NCBI GenBank assembly: GCA_963826785.1 | Contig: CAWGYD010000004.1 | Coordinates: 1-64,000, forward strand | Origin: an uncultured delta proteobacterium | GTDB lineage: Bacteria; Desulfobacterota; Desulfobacteria; Desulfobacterales; Desulfosalsimonadaceae | Reading direction: 5' to 3' | Length of the DNA stretch: 64,000 nucleotides | Shown here: positions 29,424 through 39,749 of the stretch, piece after piece | Numbering within the stretch: the first letter of the stretch is position 1 | How the letters are laid out: the number at the start of each line of letters is the position of its first letter | Made by a program: the position numbers and the translations under genes | Notes under the pieces: generated by a model | Database searches by the model: none | The model's input: the letters and a program-made list of their open reading frames with translations, nothing else | Told to the model about the DNA's origin: nothing

Positions 29424-30848
29424 TCAGATACTTCCGTGCAAGCAGCCCGCCATGGCCTGGCCCAGCCGGGTGAGAAAATCCGGGAAGAGGCCGCCGGCCA
29501 CCATCAGCAGGATAAGCCCCAGCATCAGCAGGGTAAAGGCAAGCGGCAGCCGGATGGGGGGCAGCTCATGGTCCGGTTCCAGGAGGTAGGCGGCTTTGAG
29601 CACCCGCAGGTAGTAGTAGAGCGAGATCACCACGTTGACCATGGCCAGCAGCACCAGCCAGAACAGCCCTTTTTGCATGGCGCCGGTAAAGACCAGAAGC
29701 TTTGCGGTGAACCCGATGGTGGGCGGCACGCCGGCCAGGCCGAACAGGGCCAGCATGAGGGCAAGGGCCATGACGGGGCTGCGGCGGTGGAGTCCTGCCA
29801 GCTGATCGATTCCGATATTGCCCCCGTCGTCTCCCACCTCGGTCACCACTGCAAAACAGACGTATTTCATCACCATCAGCGAGGCCGCATAATAGATCAC
29901 GGAGACGGCGCCGATGAGATTGACGCTTAAAATCCCGATCATCACGTAGCCGGCATGGGCGATGCTGGAAAACGCCAGCATCCGTTTCAAATCGGTCTGG
30001 GCGATGGCGGCCAGGTTTCCCGCAAACATGGACAAAAGCGACAGGGCGATCAGAAAATAGATCAGGGGCTGACTGCTTCCCCCGGTCAGGGTGACCAGCC
30101 GCAGCAGCACGGCAATGGCCCCCACCTTGGAGGCGGTGGCAATGTAGGCGGAAACCGGGTGGGGTGCCCCCTCATATGCGTCGGGCGCCCAGAAATGGAA
30201 GGGGAACAGGGCCAGCTTGAAGAAAAATCCCGAAAGGGAAAAGACAAATCCCACCAGCACCACCGGGTCATCCATGTGCCGCGGCAGGAATTGGGCCAGG
30301 TGCGTCAGGTAGGCCGAACCGGCCGCCCCGTAGAGCAGGGCGAATCCGAACAGCATCAGCGCGGATGAGGCCGCGCCGATGAAGAAATACTTCAACCCCG
30401 ATTCGAGCCCCCCGGCCCGCCCCTTTCGCAGATACACCAGGATATAGAGGCTGTAGCTGGACATCTCCAGGGCCACATAGAGGGTGAGCAGATGAACGCC
30501 GGAAGTCAGCAGCATCAACCCCAGGGTGCCGGTGGACAGCAGCAGGTAGAATTCGCTGTGATGGTCTTTTCTGACCCCGGAGAGGTTTTTGCACAGGCTC
30601 ACCACCGCGAAAAACCCCGCGCAAATAAAAATCTTGAACACTTGTGAATACAGATCGATCTGGTAGGTGCCGGCAAACAGAAGACTCTTTTGATCGATCC
30701 ACAAAATGCTTATGCCAAGACCGATTCCGGAAAGCCACAGCGCGCAGTGGAAATCCCGCCGGGGCCGGTTTTTGAATAGCGACAGGACCAAAAACACCCC
30801 GGCCGTAAACAGGGTGAACAGCTCGGGGACAAACGGGACCCAGTTCAT
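29424..30848 (-). CDS. nuoN: NADH-quinone oxidoreductase subunit N
   Basis: ESGLKYF, FKLALFPFHFWAPDAYEGAP, KRMLAFSSIAHAGY. Confidence 0.95.
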   Translation of the reverse strand: MNWVPFVPELFTLFTAGVFLVLSLFKNRPRRDFHCALWLSGIGLGISILWIDQKSLLFAGTYQIDLYSQVFKIFICAGFFAVVSLCKNLSGVRKDHHSEFYLLLSTGTLGLMLLTSGVHLLTLYVALEMSSYSLYILVYLRKGRAGGLESGLKYFFIGAASSALMLFGFALLYGAAGSAYLTHLAQFLPRHMDDPVVLVGFVFSLSGFFFKLALFPFHFWAPDAYEGAPHPVSAYIATASKVGAIAVLLRLVTLTGGSSQPLIYFLIALSLLSMFAGNLAAIAQTDLKRMLAFSSIAHAGYVMIGILSVNLIGAVSVIYYAASLMVMKYVCFAVVTEVGDDGGNIGIDQLAGLHRRSPVMALALMLALFGLAGVPPTIGFTAKLLVFTGAMQKGLFWLVLLAMVNVVISLYYYLRVLKAAYLLEPDHELPPIRLPLAFTLLMLGLILLMVAGGLFPDFLTRLGQAMAGCLHGSI

Positions 30849-32327
30849 GGCAGGACCCCGCTGATCAGCCAGGCGGAGGCGCCGGTGATGGTATCGATCA
30901 TCAGATAGGGGAAAAGACCGAAAATAATGATGGCCGCGGCCAAAATCATCCGGGGAATGCCCAGTCCGAAGGGGACATCGATGAGTTGCGCAAATTTTTC
31001 ATTGGGCGGCCCGTAGAAAACCTTTGCCACCACCCGCAGGAGAAACCAGGCATTGATCACCAAAGCGGACAGGGCGATCACGGCAAAGATCGGGTATGCT
31101 TCAAATGCGCCGATGAACACCAAAAGCTCCGCCCAGAAACTGGCCAGGCAGGGGACCCCCATGCCGGCCAGGGCCGCCAGGATGAAATACGCGCTTGCCA
31201 CCGGAACGATTCCGGAAAGGCCGCCCAGTTCATTGATATCCCGGGTGTGGGTCCGGTCGTAGATATAGCCCACCGCCGAAAAGAACAGGGCGGTCATGAC
31301 CCCGTGGGCGAACATCTGGAACACGGCCCCGTTTAAGCCGTCCACGGTCATGGTGGAAAGCCCCAGCCCCACCACCCCCATGTGGGACACGCTGGAGTAG
31401 CCGATGACGAATTTCAGATCCGTCTGACGAAGGGCGGCCAGTGCGCCGTAGAGGATGCCCACCGCGGCCAGGGCCGCCATGAGCGGGGACCAGAAGGCCC
31501 ACCCGGAAGGGCACAGAAACATCCCCACCCGCAGGATGCCGAACGCCCCGATCTTCATGAGCACCCCGGCATGGAGCATGCTCACCGCGGTGGGGGCGGC
31601 CACGTGCCCGGGCGGGGACCAGGTGTGAAACGGCCACACACCCGCCAGTATGCCAAACCCGATATAAAAAAGGAAGAAGGCGAATTTCTGTGCCGCAGGG
31701 GAAAATGTGCCGTGCTGCATCAGGTCCACCAGGGAGAAGGTGTTAAGGCCTGAAACTACCACCAGGTAGATGATCCCGGGAAGGATCAGGGCGCTGCCCG
31801 CCAGAAGGTAGAGCATCAGTTTCATGGCCCCGTATTCCTTGCGGGTGCTTCCCCAGATGACGATCAGCAGGTACATGGGAAAGAGCGAAACGTCAAACCA
31901 GACAAAGATGAAAAAAAGGTCCAGCGCCATGAACATGCCGTACACCCCGATCACCAGCAGGATGAACAGGGCGAAGAATTCCTTGACCCGGTGGGTAAGC
32001 TCCCACATGGTGAGCACGCCGGTGAAATAGACGATGCCGGTCAGAAGGACCAGGGGGACGGAAAAGCCGTCCAGCCCGTTAAAATACGAGATCCCCAGCA
32101 GGGGCACCCAGTTGACGCGCTCCACGAACTGAAAGCCCAAAAGGCTTCTGTCATAGGCCGCAAACAGGCAGATGGAAATCAGAAGCGCCGCGCCGGCGCT
32201 GGCCGCACTTGCAATCTTGATGGCTTTTTTGTGCTCCGCCGGGATCAGCATCACCGACTAGAAGCCCCGCGACACAGGCGAGCAGAAGCAGGCTCAATAT
32301 TGGAAAGGGTGCAGCGTGCAGTTCCAT
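30845..32327 (-). CDS. nuoM: NADH-quinone oxidoreductase subunit M (1-nt frameshift near 32256)
   Basis: GLDGFS, PFHTWSPPGHVAAPT, KFVIGYSSVSHMG; likely start ATG 32327 (MELHAAPFPILSLL). Confidence 0.92.
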
Positions 32328-32343
32328 AATTTCCTTTATTCGT

Positions 32344-34212
32344 CTACAAAAAGAGCACCAGAACCGTCAGACCGAAGATCACCGCAAACATCACCATCAG
32401 CCGGGTCTGGATCAGCACCCGGTGGCCGGCAGCTGCGATCCTGCCCCAGCTGACCACACCCCGGGCCACCCAGTGGACGAATCCATCCACCACGTGCTGG
32501 TCGGTCCGGTTGCACAGGGCGGCTATGCCCCGGTCAACGACGTGCTGCGCAAGCCAGTTGTATATATGGTCCAGATACCACCGCTGACGGAAAAAACGCG
32601 CCAGGGCGGGCCATTTTTCCACAAACCCCTTTTGCGGGGCGCGCTTTCGTCCAAACTCCAGCCAGGCGATGATCAGGGCGGCTGCGGCAAGCGACAGGGA
32701 CACCGGTGCCAGCCAGTCCGGCCCGTGCATTTCTTCGGCCGCGCCGGGCAGGATGAAGTGGTGCAGATCATCCTGAAAGAAGCCCAGCACCAGGGTCACC
32801 AGGGCCAGGATCACCAGGGGGGCGGCCATGACTCCGTATCCCAAGCCACCGGTATGGTGGAGTGCGGCATGGCTGTTATCGGATGACGATGGGGATCGCC
32901 AGAGAACGAAGATCAGCCGGAAGGTGTAGTATCCGGTGAGAAATACCCCCGCCAGGCCGGCGGCCAGCCAGATGGGGTTGTCCAGGTGCGCCAGGGCGGC
33001 CATCACCGCCTCCTTGCTGAAAAACCCCGAAAACGGCCAGATGCCCGACAGGGCCGCAGCCCCCACGGTCATGCAGATCATGGGGATTTTGGCGCTTGCC
33101 CCGCCTTTTTGGGCGATTTGGAACATGTCGTTGGTGTCATAGAGGTGGATCAGTACGCCGGCGCACAGAAAAAGAAGCGCCTTGAACCCCGCGTGGGCGG
33201 TAAGGTGAAATATTCCGGAAAAATATCCCCCGGCGGCAAGTCCCATGAGCATGAGCCCCAGCTGGCTGATGGTGGAAAAGGCCCACACCTTTTTGATGTC
33301 GTTTGTCACCATGGCCATGGTGGCGGCCATGAGCATGGAGGCGGCGCCCACCGAAAGCGCCACGGTCATCACGATTTCAGAGGCGCTGAAAAAGGGAAAC
33401 AGGCGGGCAAACAGGTAGATGCCCGCGGCCACCATGGTGGCCGAATGGAGCAGGGCGGAGACCGGGGTGGGGCCTTCCATGGCGTCCGGGAGCCAGGTCA
33501 TCAGGGGGAACTGGGCGCTCTTGCCGATGATCCCCCCCAGGATCAGCAGTCCGCACAGGGTGACCGGAAAAGGGGGGAGCGCGCCGGGGTCGTTGAGCAG
33601 CGGGATCTGCCAGGTGCCGGTGGTGACAAGCAGCAGGATCAAACCAGTGAGAAATGCCGTGTCCCCCAGCCGGGTCATGATAAAGGCCTTTTTGCCGGCC
33701 TCGGAAGCGGAAAATTTTTCGAACCAGAACCCGATGAGCAGGTAGGAGGCGATGCCCACCAGTTCCCAGAAGATAAAGAGCTGGATGATGGCCGGGGCGA
33801 TCACCAGGCTGATCATGGCCCAGGCGAACAGGGACATGAAGGCATAATACCGGGCGTATCCGGGATCACCCGACATGTATCCCAGGGAATAGACCTGGAC
33901 CAGGAAGCTGATGAGCGTTACGATCACCAGCATGAGCAGGCTCAGCGGGTCCAGCAGCGCCCCGATGGGAATGGTCAGTTTTCCGGAAACCACCCAGGGC
34001 ACAAAGTATTGCAGGGGCGTGGAAATCCCCCAGTGCCGGACCAGCAGGTAGACCGCACACGAAAGCGATGCCGCCACTGCGGAGATGGATACTGCAGCGC
34101 CAGCCCGGGGGCGGTTTCGCAGAAAAATCAGGATGACGCCGAAGGCGATCAGGGGCGAAACCGCGGCCGTCCAGGCGGCGATCAGGCTGAATTGGGGTAT
34201 GGCTTCAGTCAT
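32344..34212 (-). CDS. nuoL: NADH-quinone oxidoreductase subunit L
   Basis: WELVG, GKSAQFPLMTWLPDAMEGPTPVSALLHSATMV, HAGFKALLFL. Confidence 0.96.
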   Translation of the reverse strand: MTEAIPQFSLIAAWTAAVSPLIAFGVILIFLRNRPRAGAAVSISAVAASLSCAVYLLVRHWGISTPLQYFVPWVVSGKLTIPIGALLDPLSLLMLVIVTLISFLVQVYSLGYMSGDPGYARYYAFMSLFAWAMISLVIAPAIIQLFIFWELVGIASYLLIGFWFEKFSASEAGKKAFIMTRLGDTAFLTGLILLLVTTGTWQIPLLNDPGALPPFPVTLCGLLILGGIIGKSAQFPLMTWLPDAMEGPTPVSALLHSATMVAAGIYLFARLFPFFSASEIVMTVALSVGAASMLMAATMAMVTNDIKKVWAFSTISQLGLMLMGLAAGGYFSGIFHLTAHAGFKALLFLCAGVLIHLYDTNDMFQIAQKGGASAKIPMICMTVGAAALSGIWPFSGFFSKEAVMAALAHLDNPIWLAAGLAGVFLTGYYTFRLIFVLWRSPSSSDNSHAALHHTGGLGYGVMAAPLVILALVTLVLGFFQDDLHHFILPGAAEEMHGPDWLAPVSLSLAAAALIIAWLEFGRKRAPQKGFVEKWPALARFFRQRWYLDHIYNWLAQHVVDRGIAALCNRTDQHVVDGFVHWVARGVVSWGRIAAAGHRVLIQTRLMVMFAVIFGLTVLVLFL

Positions 34213-34307
34213 ATTCCCTCATAAAGTGGTTTCAAAACTACCCTTTCAAGGAATTATCTTGGAAAAGCATTTAAAATAACTGTATTTTTTTGTTTCCGCA
34301 GGTTCCA

Positions 34308-34340
34308 ACACCCCCCTTGGTCCCCCCTCGAGGGGGGAAT
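34308..34340. repeat. REP-like unit
   Basis: ACACCCCCCTTGGTCCCCCCTCGAGGGGGGAAT. Confidence 0.8.
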
Positions 34341-34474
34341 AAAAGGGGTGTACCGGCGGCGGCCGTTATGATTCGAAAATTCCTTACTGCAAAGACACCG
34401 CGCTGCGGGGTCGGGAGCTCCTCCGATTTTCAACATGCTCTTCATTTCTGCCCATTTTTACTTCAGCCTTCCCC

Positions 34475-34789
34475 TTAATCCATCGTACACGTATCTTCTT
34501 CAATGCATTTGGGATGGACCGTTCCGGTCTGGCGGTAGATGCGTACGATCAGGGCCAGGCCCACGGATACCTCGGCTGCGGCCACCGCCAGGATGAACAG
34601 GGCGATGGTCTGTCCTTCGACCTGCTGCCACTGAAGCCCCGCCCCCACGAATGCCACCGCCGATGAATTGAGCATGATTTCAAGGCCGATGAGGATCATG
34701 ATCAGGTTCCGGCGCAAAACGGCGCAGGCCAGCCCCACGACGAACAGGAGACCGGCCAGCAGCAGAACATGGGTGTAGGGGACGATCAC
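34475..34789 (-). CDS. nuoK: NADH-quinone oxidoreductase subunit K
   Basis: RRNLIMILIGLEIMLN...AAAEVSVGLAL. Confidence 0.95.
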   Translation of the reverse strand: MIVPYTHVLLLAGLLFVVGLACAVLRRNLIMILIGLEIMLNSSAVAFVGAGLQWQQVEGQTIALFILAVAAAEVSVGLALIVRIYRQTGTVHPKCIEEDTCTMD

Positions 34790-35298
34790 GGGGCCTCCTT
34801 CTTCTGCTTTCCCCGGCCCAGCAGGAGAGTCCCCACCAGGGCGATGAGCAGCAGAGCGGAGATCATCTCGATGGCCAGCCAGTGCCGGGCAAACAGGTAA
34901 TAGCCGAATTTTGCCGGTATGGCCGCAGCTGCCTTCATGGGGGCCGGATCCGATCCCGGAGAAAGCACCAGGAGCAGGATGCAGCCGATGAAATAAGCTG
35001 CGCAGAGGCCGCCGGCAGCCACCGCATAGGGCCAGGCCGGGGCGTTTGCCGCCGGTTCGGAAACCCGGATCATCATGACGATGAACAGAAAAAGCACCAT
35101 GATGGCCCCGGCATAGATGATCACCTGGAGGATCGACAACATCGGCGCCCCCAGCAGGTAGAACATCAGCGCCGTGCCCAGAAACGACACCACCAGGTAG
35201 AGCACGGCATGCACCATGTTCTGCCGGGTGACCGCCATGACCGTGGAGGCGGCCATCAGCGCGGCAATCAGATAAAATGCGGCGGCGTAAACAGTCAC
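34786..35298 (-). CDS. nuoJ: NADH-quinone oxidoreductase subunit J
   Basis: NMVHAVLYL...QVIIYAGAIMVLFLF. Confidence 0.95.
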   Translation of the reverse strand: MTVYAAAFYLIAALMAASTVMAVTRQNMVHAVLYLVVSFLGTALMFYLLGAPMLSILQVIIYAGAIMVLFLFIVMMIRVSEPAANAPAWPYAVAAGGLCAAYFIGCILLLVLSPGSDPAPMKAAAAIPAKFGYYLFARHWLAIEMISALLLIALVGTLLLGRGKQKKEAP

Positions 35299-35348
35299 TA
35301 TAATCTATCCAGATGCGTTTATTTGAATCCGTTAAGTTTGTCCAACTA

Positions 35349-35456
35349 AATGGAATAATGGAATACTGGAATAATGGGTTTAAAGACGAATAGCACCAAT
35401 GATTGATTTTTCCATCATTCCATTATTCCATCATTCCACCATTCCAATATTCCATT
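35349..35456. repeat. Inverted arrays of an 8-bp unit (TGGAATAA / TTCCATCA)
   Basis: About 3 copies at 35351-35378 face about 5-6 complementary copies at 35410-35456. Confidence 0.8.
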
Positions 35457-35501
35457 AACCCTTAAATATCCTCATGCCCTGCCAAACCAATGTATGTGTT
35501 G

Positions 35502-36038
35502 CTACGGCATGTTGGTCCTGATATCCACGGGCGGCGCCTCCCCCTCATGCTCGCCCTTTCCGGCGAGTCTGGTCACGATGCCGGCATGCCGGTAGTAATT
35601 ATATTCCTTGTCCTTTCCGCAGTGGTCCACCAGGAGATCCGCCTTTTCGTAGACCAGGGAGAGGACGTCGCGCTTTAGATGATCGAAATTCGGGGTGAGC
35701 TGGATGGCCGAGGTGGGGCAGGCCTCCTCGCACAGCCCGCAGTAGATGCACCGGGCAAAATTGATGCGGAACCAGGCGGCATAGCGCCGTTCGTTTTCAT
35801 CCTCGGCGGACTGCATGGAGATGCAGTTGACCGGGCACACCCCCGAGCAGAGATAACAGGCCACGCACCGCTCGCCCCCGTCCGGGTCCCGGGTGAGAAT
35901 AATCCGGGCCCGCGAGCGTGCCGGCAGAATCCGTTTCTCCTCCGGGTAGAACTCGGTCACCGGCCGGGTGAAGGCGGTCCGGAGGGTAATCCAGAACCCC
36001 TTGGCCAGTGAAACCATAATGTCCAACAGGATCATCAT
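35502..36038 (-). CDS. nuoI: NADH-quinone oxidoreductase subunit I
   Basis: ERCVACYLCSGVCP and RCIYCGLCEEACP; real start near 36038. Confidence 0.95.
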   Translation of the reverse strand: MMILLDIMVSLAKGFWITLRTAFTRPVTEFYPEEKRILPARSRARIILTRDPDGGERCVACYLCSGVCPVNCISMQSAEDENERRYAAWFRINFARCIYCGLCEEACPTSAIQLTPNFDHLKRDVLSLVYEKADLLVDHCGKDKEYNYYRHAGIVTRLAGKGEHEGEAPPVDIRTNMP

Positions 36039-36086
36039 AAATTTTATAACCTGTTCATCTGCGCCATATAAGCAATGACCTTGTTT

Positions 36087-36176
36087 TTCCCCCCTTTCGC
36101 AAAGGGGGGCAGGGGGGATTTCGGTCTTCAGTATGCGAAATTCCCCTGAATCCAACCCCTTTAAAAAAGGGGGCTT
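36087..36176. repeat. REP-like inverted doublet
   Basis: TTCCCCCCTTTCGCAAAGGGGGGCAGGGGGGATTT ... AAATTCCCCTGAATCCAACCCCTTTAAAAAAGGGGGC. Confidence 0.82.
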
Positions 36177-37165
36177 TAAAAAATCACGATTGCCGCACCC
36201 GTCGCCAGGATATTGATCAGACCGGCCGGCACCAGCACCTTCCACCCCAGGTCCATGAGCTGGTCGTAGCGGAGGCGGGGGAGGGTCCCCCGGATCCAGA
36301 TCATCACCAGCGACACCCCGATGATCTTGATCAAAAGCCACACGGGTGCCGGCAGAAACGGCCCCCGCCAGCCGCCCAGAAAGAATACGGCGATGAGCGC
36401 GCCCAGCACCTGCATGTGGATGTATTCCCCCACGAAGAACAGGCCGAAGCGCATGCCGCTGTATTCGGTGTGAAACCCGGCCCCCAGTTCGGTCTCCCCC
36501 TCGGGAAGGTCGAAGGGGGTGCGCTTGCTTTCGGCAATGGAGCTGATAAAAAAGATCAAAAAGGCGAAGGGCTGCACCACGATAAAGGGGAGCTTCGCCT
36601 GGGCATTGACGATGTCCACCAGGGAAAAGGATCCGGACAGCATCACCACCGGGATGATGGAAAGCCCCAGGGCCAGTTCGTAGCTGACCATCTGGGCCGC
36701 CCCCCGGATCCCGCCCAGCAGCGCAAACTTGGAGTTCGACGCCCACCCGCCCAGGGCCACCCCGTAGACGCTGAGCGAGGACAGGGCAAACACATAGAGC
36801 AGCCCCACATTGATGTCGGAGACCACCATGGGGATTTTTCGGCCGAACAGGGTCAGCTCCGGGCCGAAGGGGACCACCGCAAACATTAAAAGGGCGGTGG
36901 CCGCCACCACCACCGGGGCCATCTTAAAGATCCACGCATCCGATCCGTCGAGCACCACGTCTTCCTTGACCAGCAGCTTGATCCCGTCGGCGAGCGGCTG
37001 GAGAATTCCGAAGATCCCGGCCCGGTTGGGGCCGTAGCGTGCCTGGAACCGGCCCAAAAGCTTTCGCTCCACCAGCACCAGGTAGGCGGCCAGGACCAGC
37101 AGTACGCCCATCACCAGCCCGATTTTAACCAAAAGGATCAAAAACCCGAGCAGCCACCACAGCAT
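36176..37165 (-). CDS. nuoH: NADH-quinone oxidoreductase subunit H
   Basis: ERKLLGRFQARYGPNR, QPLADGIKL, AESKRTPFDLPE, RLRYDQLM. Confidence 0.97.
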   Translation of the reverse strand: MLWWLLGFLILLVKIGLVMGVLLVLAAYLVLVERKLLGRFQARYGPNRAGIFGILQPLADGIKLLVKEDVVLDGSDAWIFKMAPVVVAATALLMFAVVPFGPELTLFGRKIPMVVSDINVGLLYVFALSSLSVYGVALGGWASNSKFALLGGIRGAAQMVSYELALGLSIIPVVMLSGSFSLVDIVNAQAKLPFIVVQPFAFLIFFISSIAESKRTPFDLPEGETELGAGFHTEYSGMRFGLFFVGEYIHMQVLGALIAVFFLGGWRGPFLPAPVWLLIKIIGVSLVMIWIRGTLPRLRYDQLMDLGWKVLVPAGLINILATGAAIVIF

Positions 37166-37182
37166 GGAAAAAATTCCCTTGA

Positions 37183-37322
37183 AGAAGCCAGAAGCCAGAA
37201 GTCAGAATTCAGAATAAAACTCATTTTCTGGCTATTTAAAAAAACAACGTTGATAGGTTGTTCTACTCGATGGGGACCACACTCTTCCTATTCCCCCCTT
37301 GAGGGGGGATTGAGGGGGGTGT
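37183..37322. repeat. Heptamer array (AGAAGCC/AGAATTC) plus a REP-like unit
   Basis: AGAAGCCAGAAGCCAGAAGTCAGAATTCAGAAT at 37183-37215; ATTCCCCCCTTGAGGGGGGATTGAGGGGGGTGT at 37290-37322. Confidence 0.78.
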
Positions 37323-37337
37323 CTCCCCCCGATGGTC

Positions 37338-39739
37338 CTAAAGAAGCAATATCTTCTTTTTGGATATAAATCGTCCGTCCGCATCCGCCTGCTGCCAGAA
37401 CAGGTCCAGCAGACGGGGGAGCACCAGGGTGTGTTTGGCCACGCGGCTCGATACCCTGGCCGTAAGATCCAATGGCTTGCGATCGAGATTTATCCGGACG
37501 CGGCCGCCGTCGGTGACCCCCAGCGCTTCGGCATCCGCTGTGTTGATGAGCAGTTCTTGCTGTTCACGCTCCCGGAGCCAGGGGGAGTATCGGCCTAAAC
37601 AATCGGCGCCGAACAGTGCGTCCGTCAGGATTACCTCAAAATCATGGTTTCTTTCGTCGGCCCCATTTTCGATTGGATGCGTCTTTTTATGGGCATCCGG
37701 CACCCGGACCCGGGCGCCGGTGCCCGGAAGCTCTTTTACGGGGGCAAGCTCGGCACAGGCATCGATCATGGAACCGATCACCTGCTCATGCGCGGGCGGC
37801 GCCGCAGTTTTCATTTCCCACTGAACAAGCGTCTGCCAGGCGGGCGGCATGCCCGTGCCCGGAATGTCGAGGGAAAAGGTCCGGGGCGGATGGCCCCCGT
37901 TTCCGGTGATGGAAATGGGAAATCCGCCGGAATGTGCGGCCATCGATTGCTGGACCTGTCCATGGCTGTTGACGAAAATGCCGCCGGATTCAAACACCGT
38001 CTGGACGGGGATAAACACATGGGCGCGCTCAGACAGCCCTGAATCCAGACAGTCCAACACTACCAGCAATTCCAGCCGGGACAGGGCCGCTTCCAGACGG
38101 GAGCGGTCCGGATAGGTTTCCCACAGGTCGCTTTCCACGGCGATCAATGCTTTGATGTTTTCGTTTTCGATCCCTTCCAGCAGGTCTTCAATGGCGGTTT
38201 TTCCCAAGTCCAGAAGCGCGGCTCCGAAGCTGTTCGCCGCAGGCAGGATGCAGAACAAGCCGGCCCTGCCGGCGGTTTTTTGCAGCTTTTCGGCCAGCAG
38301 GCCCGCTCCGGTCACCGTCTGTGCATCGGTTGTGTCCGTGCCGCAAATGATGACCGGAAATTTTCCGCCTTCAAGCATATCCGCGGCCACTCGCACTTGT
38401 TCATCGGCTGCCGATGCCTGGCTGTCAGCATTCATGGCCTCCGAAAGCCTGCCTAAAAATCCGGACAGGTCCGCCCGGCGCAGGTTCACATGGGCGCATT
38501 CAAACGGCAGGGCCACCGGACGCGGGTCGATTACCAGGATTTTGGCTTTTTTACGGGCCGCCTGGCGCAGGGATAGGGCCAGCACCGGGGCTTCATTGAC
38601 CGGGTCGGCGCCGATGACCAGGATCCGGTCGGCAGATTCGATTTGCGCGAGTGAGATGGCCAGGTCCGGCGACAAAGACGAAACAGCCGACATCACCTTG
38701 GCGGCGGTTTCCCGGCGCCACAGGGCCGGGCCGGTAAATCCCCGGGACCGGCAGAGGTGGCCGGCCGCAAAAAGGGTCTCCAGGCTGCTTCGGCCTGAGG
38801 CGATAACGCCGATGGCGCCGGGACCGAAACGCGTTTCGATGTCGGAAATCCGCACCAGGGCTTCCGCCGCCGCTTCCTGGGGCGCCGCCCGGTCCGATCC
38901 GGTTTTTCCGATCCGGGGGCGCAGTGCTGCATTGGTGTACTCAAACCCGTAGCGCCCCCGGTCGCAGATGAACCAGCCGTTCACCTCCGGGTTGAACCGT
39001 GACTCAATCCGGGGAATCCGGCGGTGGCGGGATGATATCATGGTGGCGCAACCCAGGCTGCAGTGGATGCACACCCCCGGGCTTCGCTGGTAGTCCCAGC
39101 GCCGGCCGTAATAGCGCGACGGCTTGTCCGTGTACACCCCGGTGGGGCAGATATCAATCAAGTTGCCGGAAAAGGGGCTTTTGAGCATCCCGTCGGAAAA
39201 CCGGCCGAAAAACACCCTGCCGGCGATGCCCATGACCCCCAGGTCCTTGTATCCCGCATAATCCTGGTAATACCGGACACAGCGATAGCACTGGATGCAG
39301 CGATTCATTTCGTGATGCACCAGCGAGCCCAGATACTGATCGGCATAGGTCCGTTTCTTGCCGGTATACCGTCGCCGTCCGTGGCCCCCGGCCACGGTGA
39401 GATCCTGGAGCAGGCAGTGCCCCCCCTCGTCGCACACCGGGCAGTCATGGGGGTGATTGATCATCAGCCACTCAATAACAGATTTTCGAAACTCCACGGC
39501 ATCCGGATCGTTGGTCAAAACGCGCATGCCGTCTTCCGCATCCGTCATGCAGCTCATTTGCAGACCCTTGACCGGCCCCTCCTCGATTTTCACCGCGCAG
39601 ACCCGGCAGGCCCCCACCGCCCCCAACGCTTCATGGAAGCAGAAGCGGGGAATGTAGATCCCCAGCCGCTGTGCGGCTTCGATCACCTTGGTCCCCTTGG
39701 GGACTTCGATTTCGCGGTTGTCGATGGTAGTTTGGGCAT
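37338..39739 (-). CDS. nuoG: NADH-quinone oxidoreductase subunit G (1-nt frameshift in codon 4)
   Basis: FCFH...GACRVC, HPHDCPVCDEGGHC, CIQCYRC, DICPTG, CIHCSLGC...FICDRGR; start MPKL(T)IDNREIEV at 39739. Confidence 0.93.
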
Positions 39740-39749
39740 ATGGTATCCC

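Noticed and set aside
35502..36746. 414-aa ORF as an N-terminally extended NuoI
   Set aside because: The extension is an off-frame read through nuoH and a REP doublet; NuoI homology begins near 36038.
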